Both the position numbers and the translations under genes were made by a program. Below are positions 36,891 to 48,973 of a DNA stretch of 64,000 nucleotides, piece after piece. This stretch comes from Lama guanicoe (taxonomy: Eukaryota). The notes beneath the pieces are model-generated. The model saw only the letters and a list, made by a program, of their open reading frames with translations. It had not been told where the DNA came from and did not search any database. The stretch spans positions 3,929,922 to 3,993,921 of the forward strand of contig MU053482.1 in assembly GCA_013239625.1 (NCBI GenBank), given 5' to 3'. Position 1 is the first letter of the stretch. Each line of letters starts with the position of its first letter.

Positions 36891-38924
36891 ATGAACATTA
36901 ACGGTGAAGCTCTGTTTGTGGGAAGTGATTTGCTGTCTGGCTCCTCCCAACCCCTGGATGGGTGTCCCAGTCCCTTGGAGGGACATGCTGCAGGCAGATG
37001 CTGAAGCAGTTGTTCTCACAGAGGACTTGGAGGTCACACATCTAGATCTCCAGATGAGTGTGTGGGGCGGTGTCAGGGAGCGGGACCTTCTGCCTCGGGC
37101 CCCACAGGGCTCTGGCATGCAGTGAGCTCCAGCGCCTCAGTGGGGTCGCTCTGCAGCGAAGGGACAGGTGGTCCAGAGCCCGTGAGACCTGATAGGACAC
37201 TGAGGATGGAGTAGGCCACCAGGGGTGCATGGGATTGGCCAGTGTGCAAGCATAGCCAAAAAGTCCAGAAAAAATGTCAGGACTGAGGAGTAGATGCAGA
37301 AATCTGGGAACCAGAGACACAGGAGCAGGCACAGTGGACACAGAGGGTGTGGAGGGGCTCTAGGACAGTCCCCTGGCTCAGTGACAGATCTGGCTGCTGG
37401 CTTTCTAAGTGTGACCGAGGGGTGGCACAGACGGGAGGGTTGGCTTCTCTGGGAATCAGCTGCTGCTTCTTCCTGCTTTTGCCTTTACATGCTTATGCCA
37501 GGGTAACATTTTTCTTCTTGCTTTCTTGAAGCGAATGAAGGATAAAAATTAATTAGAATTTTTTTTTTCTGAAGAGAAGTCAGATCTGAATTTATTTATC
37601 CATCTGGGTTCATTCCCCCCTTGCTTTTCTCTGTGGCAACCACGTGCCTCTTTCTCTATACTTCCTTCACAGAGACATTTTCAAGGACCTTCCTTTCACT
37701 CACCCCGGGGGGATGCTGCAGCCCTGAACTGGGACTCAGGACGGTGCCATTCCAGCCCCTCCCTATCACTTACCAGTTGTGTGACCTTGAGTACGTCACT
37801 TACCCTCTGTGGGCAGATTAAGTCATTTTTAAGGCCCTCCCAGCTCTGGTATTCTGAGATTCTGTAAATCAGTGTCCTTTACCGATCAATCTCTAAACCA
37901 CACGGACCCCATTCAGAAATGCCATTTCAGATTCTCACTGGGGAGCAGGTGTCTGCCCACAGACCCCGCTACCCAGATGCTACAGGCAATTTGGGAACTA
38001 TATTTTTAAAATCACCACAGATGGGAAGACTAAACTGAGACTTGTTTGAAAATGCTGCTTTTAGCATTTTAGCCCCATCTCTTCATCCCTCGTTGCATTC
38101 AGCTTTTCGAATGGCCGCCCCAAATAGCCCATGATCTTGCTGATGGCTTGACAAAGTCTCCTGGAGAAGAGCCTTGGATCACTGCCGCTCCATGGCCCCT
38201 CCTCCCTGCCACCCCACAATCCCCTTTCTAGTCCATTGCAGGGCTGTTGCAATCCCATATGATCAATGTTAGGGCCTCTTTAACAGCCTCTGTTATCTGC
38301 ATAAACAGGGGCAGATTGGCTTTTTCATTGTGCCCTAGAGGTCTGTAACAGCTTCTGTTAATCTTCCCTGCTGTGTCTGTCTGTAACCGGAATCTAAGTC
38401 CCTGGCTCTGTGGGCTCATTTGCATATGTCAGCTTTTTACCCACACAGTAATGCTCTTCCTGCCTCTGTATTGCTATTTTCCTTTCCTGGAAACAAATCT
38501 GTCTTCAGATAATATCCTCAGAATTGGAATCAGTTTCAACCCTAACAGGCTTGCCCCTCACTTGTTGAGTGACATGCCTTCTGGGCATGGGGCTTGTCCC
38601 AGGGGCTGCACTTGTCCTCAGGACAGGATGGAGAGTTGGGAGCCAGGCCAGGAAGCAGGCACAGGTTGGGGTGCAGGTGTGGACCAGGGTGCAGGCAAGG
38701 GCAGCTCAGAAGCCAAGGCAAATGGAGTCAAAGCAGGAAGGGCTTGCTGAGAAGTAGGAGCCAGGAACTGAGTGGAGAAAAGTTGGAGGTCACTGTCTTA
38801 GTAACTGGGTTGACTCCAGAAGCTGGGGGCCTGGAACTCAGGCCAGCTAAGCCCCAAATGACATTGGGAGCCCAGACAATGTGACAGCCCAGGACATGGA
38901 GAGACTTCTGCTGGGAACCCAGCA

Positions 38925-39140
38925 TGAAACTCTGGAGCCAGGCTGCCTGGGTTTAAATTCTGGCTCTCCCCTTACGGCTGGGTGACTTGGAGCAACTTAT
39001 TTAACTTGTTTGTGCCTCAGTTTTCCCATTTGTAAACTGGATACCTGTAATCCTACCTTCCTCACAGGGTTGTTTAACTGAGTTAAAACATGCAAAGATC
39101 TTGGAAATGGTACTTGGTCATAGTGGCATTGAATTCAGCC
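38925..39140 (+). mobile_element. MIR SINE
   Basis: CTCTGGAGCCAGGCTGCCTGGGTTTAAATTCTGGCTC..GTGCCTCAGTTTTCCCATTTGTAAA. Confidence 0.75.
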
Positions 39141-39619
39141 ATTACCTTTACATTTAAAAAAAAAGTTAAATAAACTAAATCCCTTCACACATGGAGAAGT
39201 CTGCCCCCAGGGTCTTTTGCAGGCTCTGAGCAGCTTCTGCTGCTGCTGTGTGGGTGTTTCTCCCACCCAGAGAAGGTGTGGCCCCGGGGAGCAGTGTTCC
39301 AGGCCCAGTTCTTACTGCCTCCCTGTGTTTAGTGGTGGGATAATTGAACAACTATCCATTTTTATTTCTAAATTCCACTGAGAACGTGGAGAATAAACAC
39401 AGTATATTTCCACAACAACCAGAGTATAGGCTTTGGCATTAATCAGTCCTGGGTTCAAATCCCCATTCTTCTATCCACTTGTCCCATGACATTTTGCAAG
39501 TTTCAACTTTTTTGAGTCTTGATCTCCTCATCTACGCTATGGAGGTACCAACATCGACCTCACAGAATGAACTCAAGGTTAAGTGTGTAGAGCACATGAC
39601 TCAATACTTTTTGCCCCCC

Positions 39620-40178
39620 AAGGAGCCCCTGTGTCGGCTAGGGCTACGGTCTCATCTGACGGCTCTACTGGAGGGGGACGTACTTCCAAACCCACTCCCA
39701 CAGCTGCTGAAAGGATTCAGTTCCTCCAGGGCTGGTGGACTGAGGGCTCTCAGCAGCCTGTTGGCTGGAGGCCACCTCAGTGCCTGACCATGTGGGCCTC
39801 TCCATCGGGCAGCTCACAACATGGCAGCTGGCTTCCCTCAGAGCAAGCAAATGAGAAGGGGAGCAAGATGGAAGCCAGGGTCCCTTGTCTCCTACTATTG
39901 GAAGTGATACCTCACACTCTCCATTAGCAGCCCACACTTAAGAGGAGGCGATTGCGGGGAGGGTATAGCTCAGTGGTAGAATGCGTGCTTAGCATGCATG
40001 AGGTTCTGGGTTCAATCCCCAGTACCTCTGTTTAAAAAAAAATTAATTAAAAATAAATAAATAAACCTAATCCACCCACCCTCCCCGTTTTTTTTTTTTA
40101 AAGGGGAGGTGATTACACAAGGACATGAATACCCCGAGGTGGGGATCACTGGGGCCATCTTGGAGGCTGCCTACCACA
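39620..40178 (-). mobile_element. MaLR LTR (MLT1F-like) interrupted by a Vic-1 SINE
   Basis: GGATTCAGTTCCTCCAGGGCTG..GCTCACAACATGGCAGCTGGCTTCC; ends GGGATCACTGGGGCCATCTTGGAGGCTGCCTACCACA. Confidence 0.75.
39956..40100 (+). mobile_element. tRNA-Ala-derived SINE (Vic-1 type), copy 2
   Basis: A box 39966-39976, AGC anticodon loop, B box 40009-40018; TSD AAGAGGAGGCGATTGC (39940-39955) / AAGGGGAGGTGATTAC (40101-40116), 13/16 identical. Confidence 0.9.
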
Positions 40179-42700
40179 CTCGGAAACTGCCTCTCCCCAC
40201 CCACGTCCCTCTAAATCCCCCTTTGCAAAAGGCATCACTGGCCACAACTTCTGAGTCATTTTTCACTTTATTCCCTCCCCACCCTCAACCAGAGCCAAAC
40301 TTCACATGCACCCTGGCTTTCAATCTTTGAACAAGAGATTTACCTTAATAGAGGCTCTTAATATTGTAATTTCTATTTTTCACTTGAAGGTGTCTCTTTT
40401 TGCCCCTGTAGCCCTCTCGGGTTTCTACTTCTTTAAACAGAGAAGGGACTTTTCTCTCCACTTATCCCCAAAGAATTGTAGTAGCCACATTCTGTCTTGA
40501 GCATGTGTTTTACTATAGGATAGTTGAACTCTTCTTTTGTCTTGCATTTAGAAAACCTCTAACTCTATATTGTTTAAAAATTGCCCTTGGCATGGCTCAG
40601 ATGGTAGGGCATGTTTGCTTCCGTGGGGTTGGATTAGCCCAGCCGTTCACGCCAAAGCTGAGACACATCTGCCTGGGTTTGCTGATTTCTTCCACTAGGG
40701 GCTCACACCGGTGTCAGTAACAGTCAGGCTGAGAAGGAAAGCAGGAAGAGATGCTGAGATGGGAAAGCTGATGGCAAAGTGGAACTAGCCCTGAGGCAGA
40801 GGAATATGGGATGGAAGCAGACATAGGGGCCTATAAACAGCTAATCTTGGGGCTCAGCAAGGAATCCCAGAGCTAACTATGTGTGCTATAACCTTAAATC
40901 CAAGCCAGTGGTCAGAGTTCAAAAGAGGTAAGAAGTAGCAGTAAAATCGGCAGCTACAATAATCCTGGAGACTTAATAAAGCTATGAGAGGTAGGCACTA
41001 GGATTGATAGGAACTTGAGGCCCAGAGAGGCATAGCAGTTTCCTCAAGGTCACACAGCCTTGAAGTAGCACTATATTTCTAAACCCTTTCTCCTGGGTTG
41101 GGTCTGGAGCCCTGGCCCTGGGAGGAGGAATCAGGCAAGTCCAACCCCTTCCTTGCACAAGTGTGAAAACAGAGCCAAAACAGCCATGGCCCGAAGTTCT
41201 CCCCTTTGTATCCTACACCATTCCTACTATGATGCCTGGCATTGCACTGTAACAGACTGAAGCCAATCCGACAGCCTTCTTAACTCCTGCCTCTGCCTCT
41301 GCCCCTGCCCCTGGAATTCTTATTTCAGTGCTCCCAGCCTTGCCGTTATCATGGATACCTTTTGTGTTGTTTTCCCCCTCAGACTCCATGCTTTGGAAAA
41401 TCCTACCTACCATATACTTTTCCCTTGCAGATAATAATAAATTTGTTTTCATGGTTTTATTCATCAAAACTGTATGTAACTGCCAATCAGAGCTTCTGAT
41501 CCATAAGAGATCATCACAGTATAAATGCTGAGTTGTATAAATTGAAGCTTATAGCTTCATTTAGTTTTTTGGGGAGGAGGGAGTCTTCACTGAGGAAAAC
41601 ACATGCAGCTTCCACTAAGAGCTTTAAAATTTTGAAAATAGCACATGGACCCTTATGACTGCTCCAACTGTGGAGGTAAAACAGGGCCCTGAAAACCCCA
41701 CCCCCAGCACAGAGCTCCCTGAGCCCCCTGCTAGAACATGCGTAAGCAACAGTTCCTCTGGTCAAGCACTGAACCCCCCATCCCTGGGCTCCAGGTACCC
41801 AGGGGAGCCTTGGGGCAGCTCCAGATGCCTTCTTGTTTAAGGGGAAATTGGGCAGGGCTCTCTGCCCCATGGCCCCACTTCCTCTGCTCTGTGTTCTGCT
41901 GTTAGCATTCCATTCTCTTGATTCTTGAATCAGATACACTTGGGGAGGCAGGCAAGTGGGCATGATTTAAACTGCGATTAGTAAGTTACTTTGAGTTATC
42001 AGCCAAACCCTTTTTAGAGGGTTCCTGATAGCTCCTGAAACCAGATGATCTGGGGTTCCTGCAAATCCCCTGGGAGGTGCTAAGAGCCTAAGGTGGCCTG
42101 GGAGTGGGTCCCCGTTCTCCAGGCTGTGTCTGAGTATATGACATGTTCAGGCTCAAAGAAGCTGCTGGCAACTCTGCTTAGCTTCCCATCCCCAGCCAAG
42201 GTGTGTAGATATCACAGAGCTGCCTCAGCTGGAGGGTCAGAGCCAGGGTGTGACGTGGAGGCACTGGGCTTTCCACACCACACCTGATTCTTCATGTGCT
42301 GGCCACTGGGCACGCAGCTTCCAGGTCCCATGACAACCTGAGGGTTCATCCAGCTTGCCTCGGAGATGCTGTGGACAGGAGTGTAGTCCTGGGACTGCAC
42401 CCCAGTAAGAGGCAGAAAAGTGATCTCCATAAAGATGGGGAAGAACGAGGTGCCCAGGGAGCCCCGCTCTGTCCCCACCAGAGGCAGGGTGCCGAGGCCC
42501 TCCTCCAGCCCAGCCCTCTGTAGGCTTCCTACTGCCCTCCCCAGAGCCACCCACATGCACCTGGGATCTTCACAGTGGACCTCAGGCATCCTGAGGAGGT
42601 CAGACTTTGCAGGAGGGAGGCCATGGCCTGGAGCTGATCTCTCAGTTTGTTTGTTTGCCTTTTTATTTATTTATTTTATTTAAAAAGTTTTTTATTTTTT

Positions 42701-43140
42701 AAAAGAATGAAATAATGCCATTTGCAGCAACATGGATGGAAGTCATATTGTGTGAAGTCAGACAGAGAAAGACAAATATTGTATGATATCATTTTTATGT
42801 GGAATCTAAAAGAAGTGGCACAAATTCAATTTACAAACCAAAAACAGACTCAAGAACATAGAAAAGACACTATGGTTACCAAAGGGAAAAGGGTGGGGAG
42901 GGATAAATTAGAGATTAGGGATTAACAGACACACATGACTATATATAAAATAGATAAAACAAGGATCTACTGTATAACACAGGGAGCTATGTTCAATTTC
43001 TTGTAATGACATATAATGGAAAAGAATCTGAAAAGAAAATATTATGTATGTATATGTATAACTGAATCACTTTGCTGTACACCTGAAACTAACACTGTAA
43101 ATCAACTACACTTCAATAAAAAATTTAAAAATTAAAAAAA
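42701..43140 (+). mobile_element. Artiodactyl-type L1 3' end
   Basis: AATGAAATAATGCCATTTGCAGCAACATGGATGGA..AACTGAATCACTTTGCTGTACACCTGAAACTAACAC..CAATAAA followed by an A tail. Confidence 0.9.
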
Positions 43141-43927
43141 ATTTTATACAGTTTTAAAGTTATACTCTATTTACATTTATTACAAAATATTCTCCATGTT
43201 GTGTAATACATCCTTGAGCCTATCCTATACCCAATAGTTTGTACTTTCCACTCCCCCACCCCAATATTGCCCCTCCCTTGTCTGGTAACCACTAGTTTGT
43301 TCTCTACATCTGGGAGTCTGCTGCTTTTATGTTATATTCACTAGTTGGTTGTATTTTTTAGATTCCACATATAAGTGACATCATACAGTATTTGTCTTTT
43401 TCTGTCTGCCTTATTTCACTTAGAATAATTCCCTCCAAGTCCATCTATATTCCTGTAAATAGCAAAATTTCATTCTTTTTTATGGCTGAGTAGTATTCCA
43501 TTGCATATATATATCTTCTTTATCCATTCATCTGTAGATGGACATTTAGGTTGCTACCATAACTTTTCCATTGTAAATAATGCTGCTGTGAACATTGGAG
43601 TTCATGTATTTTTTCAAATTACTGTTTTTGGTTTTTTTGAGTATATACCCAGGACTACTGGATCATACGGTAGTTCTGTTTTTAGTTTTTTGAGAAACCT
43701 CCATACTGTTTGCCACAGTGGCTGCACCAGTTTATATTCCCACCAACAGTGTATGAGGGTTCCTTTTTCTCCATATCCTCCCCAGCTTTGTTATTTGAGT
43801 TCTTTTTGATGATAGCCATTCTGACTGGTGTGAGGTAATATCTAATTGTGGTTTTGATTTGCATTTCCCTGATAATTAGCTACGTTGAGCATCTTTTCAT
43901 GTGCCTGTTGGCCATCTGCATTTCCTG
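43141..43927 (-). mobile_element. L1 3' region (ORF2 C-terminus plus 3' UTR), different subfamily from its neighbour
   Basis: Minus-strand [24 protein letters not shown] is an L1 ORF2 C-terminal motif; 3' UTR CTGGTAACCACTAGTTTGTTCTC. Confidence 0.9.
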
Positions 43928-45531
43928 CAATTTCTAAGGGGGAAGAGATGAACTGTCATCATGATACTTCCCCAAGGGACCTTCAGTGGGGGCTGCCCAT
44001 GCCTATGCTAGAAACCAGATTATCAGTTTTTTTTTTCTGACAAAATATTAGGATATGGCAGATAAACTTTGCCTTCTTGAATAGATATATCTACTATATA
44101 AATGTATAAGTTAAAAATACATATGCATTTTAATTATGTAATCTTTATTAAAGGAATCATAAGAGAGATATATGATCCTTTCAGTAAAATTTAAATTAAA
44201 ACACGTTAAAGGTTTAAATTTAGTAATAGGGATTGGGAAACCTAAATGATGATTCAAATTAAGAAAACTGAGTGAACAGTTTTGAGACAAGCCATTGAAA
44301 GTACTTAAAAAGATAAATAATGAGTTTAAAAAAAATCCTCGCCTTTTAACAAATACCATAGAAAGGCACAGTTTATATAGCTGGGTAATCTGGTCTGGGA
44401 TGCCCAACTGCTTAAAAAAAAAAGGTGGCATATTACAAGAGGAAAACATAAATACCTAAAAAATAATAGTAATAAATTAAACAGACCTTACAGGAAAAAG
44501 GCTGATCTGAACTGAATCATCAAGGAGCCTTCAGACTGAGCTTATTAAATGCATTTTTTTCCAGCAATTTTAAATGAGGTCAGGCTCCAGTGGGCCTGGA
44601 GACCTGGTTTTAGGGATATATCAACACCTATGAAGCCGTGAATCCTGTGCCTTTACACCTCTAATTGTCTGAGTTTCTTCCACTCCCAAAGGCAGTAATT
44701 CAAACGTCTCTTTGACTTCTTAAGCCATCCTGATTTCCGAAGCTCAAGCACTGCATCTCTTTTCATGCCTAGAACTTGAAATTGGCTTCAACAGATTCTT
44801 TTTCTTTACTTTAAACTCGTAAAAATACTGCTCCTGGGCAGGCAGGGAGCCTGTGCCCTCCTTCAAACCAATCTGCAGGGCCAAGGGCAGGATGGGAGGT
44901 GCGGGAGGAATGGTCGCCTTTGACCTGTGAAGGGGGACTGCCTGCAGCACTGGTGTTAGGAGACAGCGGGGCCGCAATCAAAAGACCCCAAGGAAAGGAA
45001 CCTCAAACCTTTAGCTCTAAAGCTTCTGAGAATTCAAACTGCAGCATTAAAGTTGGTATAAAGAGGTCAGGAAGGGTCTTTCTTCTCTTAAAAGCCTCAA
45101 GATTGTTTCTAAAACTTCCCTGGGTTGAAACCTACTGGCTGCAGGAGATGCCCTGAGATGACACAAGTAGCCCAAACCCATTCTTTCCTCGATAGCTGTT
45201 GTTGTGAATGTGTGCTGTCTCACAGGGACCCTGCTGCCCTGGCTATGGCTGACTGCACAGGACGAAGCCGCCCTCCACTGGGGGGTATTGGCAGGAAACT
45301 CCTCAGGGGGCTCCATTAGCCTGACCCTCTCTGTTCAATAGGAATGCTGCGTAGTGGTGATGAACCAACTCACTCAAATTTCAGTTCTGGGAAAAGTGAA
45401 GGCACACAGTAGTTGCTGGAACTCAAGTTGCATCCTGAATGGGCTTGAGCTGCATTTCTTGTTCTTTGTGAGACGCCCTGGACCCCACAGTGCATATCGA
45501 GTTAAGATGATGACTCCCCATGGTTTCCAGC

Positions 45532-46013
45532 TGTATTGGTTTCTTACTGCTGCTGTAACAAATTATCACAAATTTAGTTGCTTGAAAGAACCCAGATTTG
45601 TTCTCTTGCAGTTCTGGAGGTCAGAAGTCTAAAATCAAAATGTCGGTGGGGCCATGTTCCTTCTGGGGGCTTCACAGAGAATCCATTTCCCTGCCTCTTC
45701 TAGCTTCTAGAGGCAGTCTGCATTTTTTCACTTGTGGCTTCTTCCTGAATCACTCCAGTTTCTGGTTTCTGTTGTCACATCTACTACGGTGTCTTGGACC
45801 ATCCTGCTTCCCTCTTAAAGGACCCTTGTGATTACATTGGGCCCACCTGGATAATCCAGTACAGTCTTCCCATCTCAAGAGCCTTAACTTAATCATGCCT
45901 GCGAAGTCCTTTTTGCCTTATAAGGCAACATATTTGTGGGTTCCAGGGATTAGAATGTAGACGTCTCTGTGGTGAGGGGTGGGGGTGGGGAGGGCATTAT
46001 TCAGGCTACCAGA
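45532..46013 (-). mobile_element. MaLR solo LTR (MLT1C/D-like)
   Basis: TGTATTGGTTTCTTACTGCTGCTGTAACAAATTATCAC..CAGTTCTGGAGGTCAGAAGTC..GGGCCCACCTGGATAATCCAG..ATTATTCAGGCTACCAGA. Confidence 0.85.
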
Positions 46014-48009
46014 CTTGCTTTGCTATATATTTTTTCAATAAATCTGCATTTCTGGGAATTAGCTACACAATTCTATACTATTTAGGCTTCAGTATCTGGC
46101 CTGCCCACGTCTCCTGGAAGGAAGAGGACAAGGGTTGTTTGACTCCGTCTTCCGTGGCAATAGTTGGTGAATAGCTGACCTATTTTCTGGTTGATGACCT
46201 ACTGAGTAATGACCTGTTGACTTGCCATGTCCAGCCAATGACTCATTGAATTGCCAGTGGTGAATCAATTTCAAAGAGTTTGGGTGAATTTGCCCAGGGA
46301 CTATGACCAGTTGATGGTGGGCTCTTTGGACTAAAAGTGATCTAAAGTCAGGATTGATGGCTGCTATGGGGGACCATGGAGAGTATGTGTAAGCAGAGGA
46401 AGCCAGCTGGTCAAGAGAAGAATCAAATGGAAGCAGAATTAGAAAGACCATGTGTTCTTAGAGAGACGAGTTGTTCCTGGCGGTGCTTCCTGTCCTGAAC
46501 TTTAGTGTAAGTTCTCTCTGCGCCACTGCAAGGAGCCACATCTCTGTTTTGGAGCCAGTGAGAGTACCATTTGCTTCTTTGCAGCAAAAACAGCTCCAAA
46601 TATGAGTCTTTTTGCTTGACTCCTTAAAAGGATGACTCACAGAACCCTTTAAACCAAAGATCCTGTGTTCAGGAGGGGTTTTCGGAAATTCAAGAAAAAC
46701 AGTGAAGAGGTAAGGGTACTGCCTCTGTGGCCTCCTTCTATCTGAGGTGCATGAGCTACCAGACCCTGGGGGGGGGTCCTCCCATTCCACAGCTATGACT
46801 ATCGAAGGGCAGACCTGGATTCTCCAACTCTGATCTATCAGGATGAAGTGGACATGATGATTTTCTCAGGATTGAGTTGCTGAGAAAAAAACTACTCCGG
46901 TTCCTCATCCTCAACTCTCCCTGCCCATCCCTCCCCCAGGGTTGGCTGCTACTTGCTTTAGTCTTAGACATAGGTTGGGGCTGTGCTGTGGCTGAGCCAT
47001 CACTCAGAACCATAGTCCTGAAGTGCCTTCTGCTGCCTGGGCTCCTGGGCACCCACCCACTGCGTACCAACACCTGCTCCTGCCACACCTGAGCTTACAG
47101 GTCTTCTGGGCATTGGAGCCCGCACCTTCCAACCTCCCGATGTGTCCCTGTTCTGCCAGATCAGGGTTTCTCCTTGATCCCACCAGAAAGTATGTGTGAG
47201 AACCCTGCTGCCTCACCCTCCTCACCACTCCCTACCTGCTCAAGGTAGGACATTTCAGAAAGCACCTGGGAATCCCAGAGATATGGACTAATAAGTTGAT
47301 TTGTTCATCAGCATGCATTTTGTGCATCAAAGTATGAATGGAGTCTCTGATGCCTCCGGTGCCTTCTCTGTCAGGGGAAAATTGGAGACCTGAGACCGCT
47401 GAGGAACTGGCTGGGGATTTAATTTCCCCCTAATTTTTTCTACCTCTAGGGAAATTGTCAAATTAATGGGAAGCCAGACCTTTCAACTCTGCTGCAACAT
47501 AAGTGGTTGCCCCAGGAATGCAGGTCCGTAGGCTCAGCTGGGACATCTCAGACACTGGGTTCTGTGGTCCTAGACCAGTCCTTCCCATCCCCCTGCTGCT
47601 CTGCTGCAGAATCCTGGGCACGTGCCGTGCCGGGCAAGCCGTCTGTGGCGTTCCCGCAGGGAGCACTCCAGCTCTCGGTCACCCTGCCAGAGTCTGCTCT
47701 TCAGTGTCATCTCTTTCCCTCACCCGGTGGCTGTCTCTGCTGCGGAGCTGGTATTGTTTTCCCTTAATCTGTGGGATGCCAGACAAGACTTGGGGATGTA
47801 GACAGGCCCCCAAGGTGCAATTCATTGGTTACCTAAGCCCTGAGCATAGCACCGAGAGCCCTGCCATCGGCACTGCAGCCTGAGATGGGGTTCAGTCTGC
47901 AGTGCTTCCCAGGTTTGTTTGGTCTTGGGATGCTTTGGTTTTAGAGCACTGATTAACATCTCCCTCAAGCAGTGTGCAGTGGAACACATTTAGGAAAATG
48001 TTATTCTGT

Positions 48010-48740
48010 TATAAGATTTATCACACTGTATGGCAGTGATTTATTTGCATGTCTGCCTTCTCCACCAGGCTGTGATTTCCTAAAGAGCAAAAAATGTATC
48101 TTTTATATCTTTGTATCTCCAGCACCTAGCACAGTGCTTCTTCATGGAGTTGGTCCCCTAAATAGCTCTTGCCAGGGTCACCAACAGCTTCCATCTCTTT
48201 TCTCATCTTATTCAAATTCCCAGTAACACTTCACTCAGTAAAATGGCACTCCTTCCTTCTTCAAACACTTTTTTATTCTTTGCCCCTGGGACACCACACC
48301 CTCCTGGTTTTGTTCCACAATACCAGAGACTCCTTTGCGTTCCCCCACTGACTCCTCCTTCCTCCTGGTTATGTAAACGTTGACGTGCCCAGGGCTCCAT
48401 CCTTGGACAGTTCCTCTGCACCAGCTACACTCTTTCCCCAGGTGGCCTCAGGCAGATCCACAGCATAAATCATTTTCTCTAAGCTGATGATTACCGTGCT
48501 CATATCTCTAAATGTGGCCCTTCTCTTGAGCCCTGGACACATATCTCGCTGCATATTTGACATCTACCCCTAGCTGTCAATATTTAACAATACCAAAGCA
48601 AAACTCTTGATTTTAGCCAGCAAACCTGTTCATCTTCTAGTCTTTCTATATTACTAAGTAGCAAAATCGGCTACACACATGCTCATATATCCAATCTCTA
48701 AAAGTCATTACGTTAAAAAAATTTTCCCTTTCAATCTATC
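48010..48740 (+). mobile_element. L2 fragments (a tail followed by an internal piece)
   Basis: TCTTTGTATCTCCAGCACCTAGCACAGTGC; GCACTCCTTCCTTCTTCAAACAC, CCCAGGGCTCCATCCTTGG, CCAAAGCAAAACTCTTGAT. Confidence 0.65.
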
Positions 48741-48763
48741 AGGACATCCCACTAGTATCACCT

Positions 48764-48945
48764 GTGATCATTTAGATTATCATTTGGCAAATATTCATTC
48801 CTTTCCCCCTCTCCCGATAGAGTGTACTTCCCCAGCCTCACCCTCATGTCTCCAAATTGATACTGGATTTGGTCAAGTGACTTTCTTTGGCCAGTGGGAT
48901 GTTGGCAAATGTGTCCAGAGCTGAGACCCTAACTAACTATGTGAG
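48764..48945 (+). mobile_element. Old MaLR LTR 5' fragment (MLT1G/H-like)
   Basis: AGAGTGTACTTCCCC..TTTGGTCAAGTGACTTTCTTTGGCCAGTGGGATGTTGGCA. Confidence 0.55.
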
Positions 48946-48973
48946 AAAAGTGTGGTTTGGCCCTGACATCCCG

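Noticed and set aside
39956..40030. tRNA-Ala(AGC) gene calls here and at 11995 and 50412
   Set aside because: All three have extra 5' bases, imperfect acceptor stems, SINE tails and flanking TSDs. They are retroposed SINEs, not tRNA genes.
40691..40705. CTCF-like CCACTAGGGGCTC
   Set aside because: It lacks one core G, so it is a weak match and not supportable without a PWM score or ChIP data.
42701..43927. Twin-priming (5'-inverted) single L1 insertion
   Set aside because: Both arms contain overlapping 3' UTR sequence from different subfamilies, so two independent insertions fit better.
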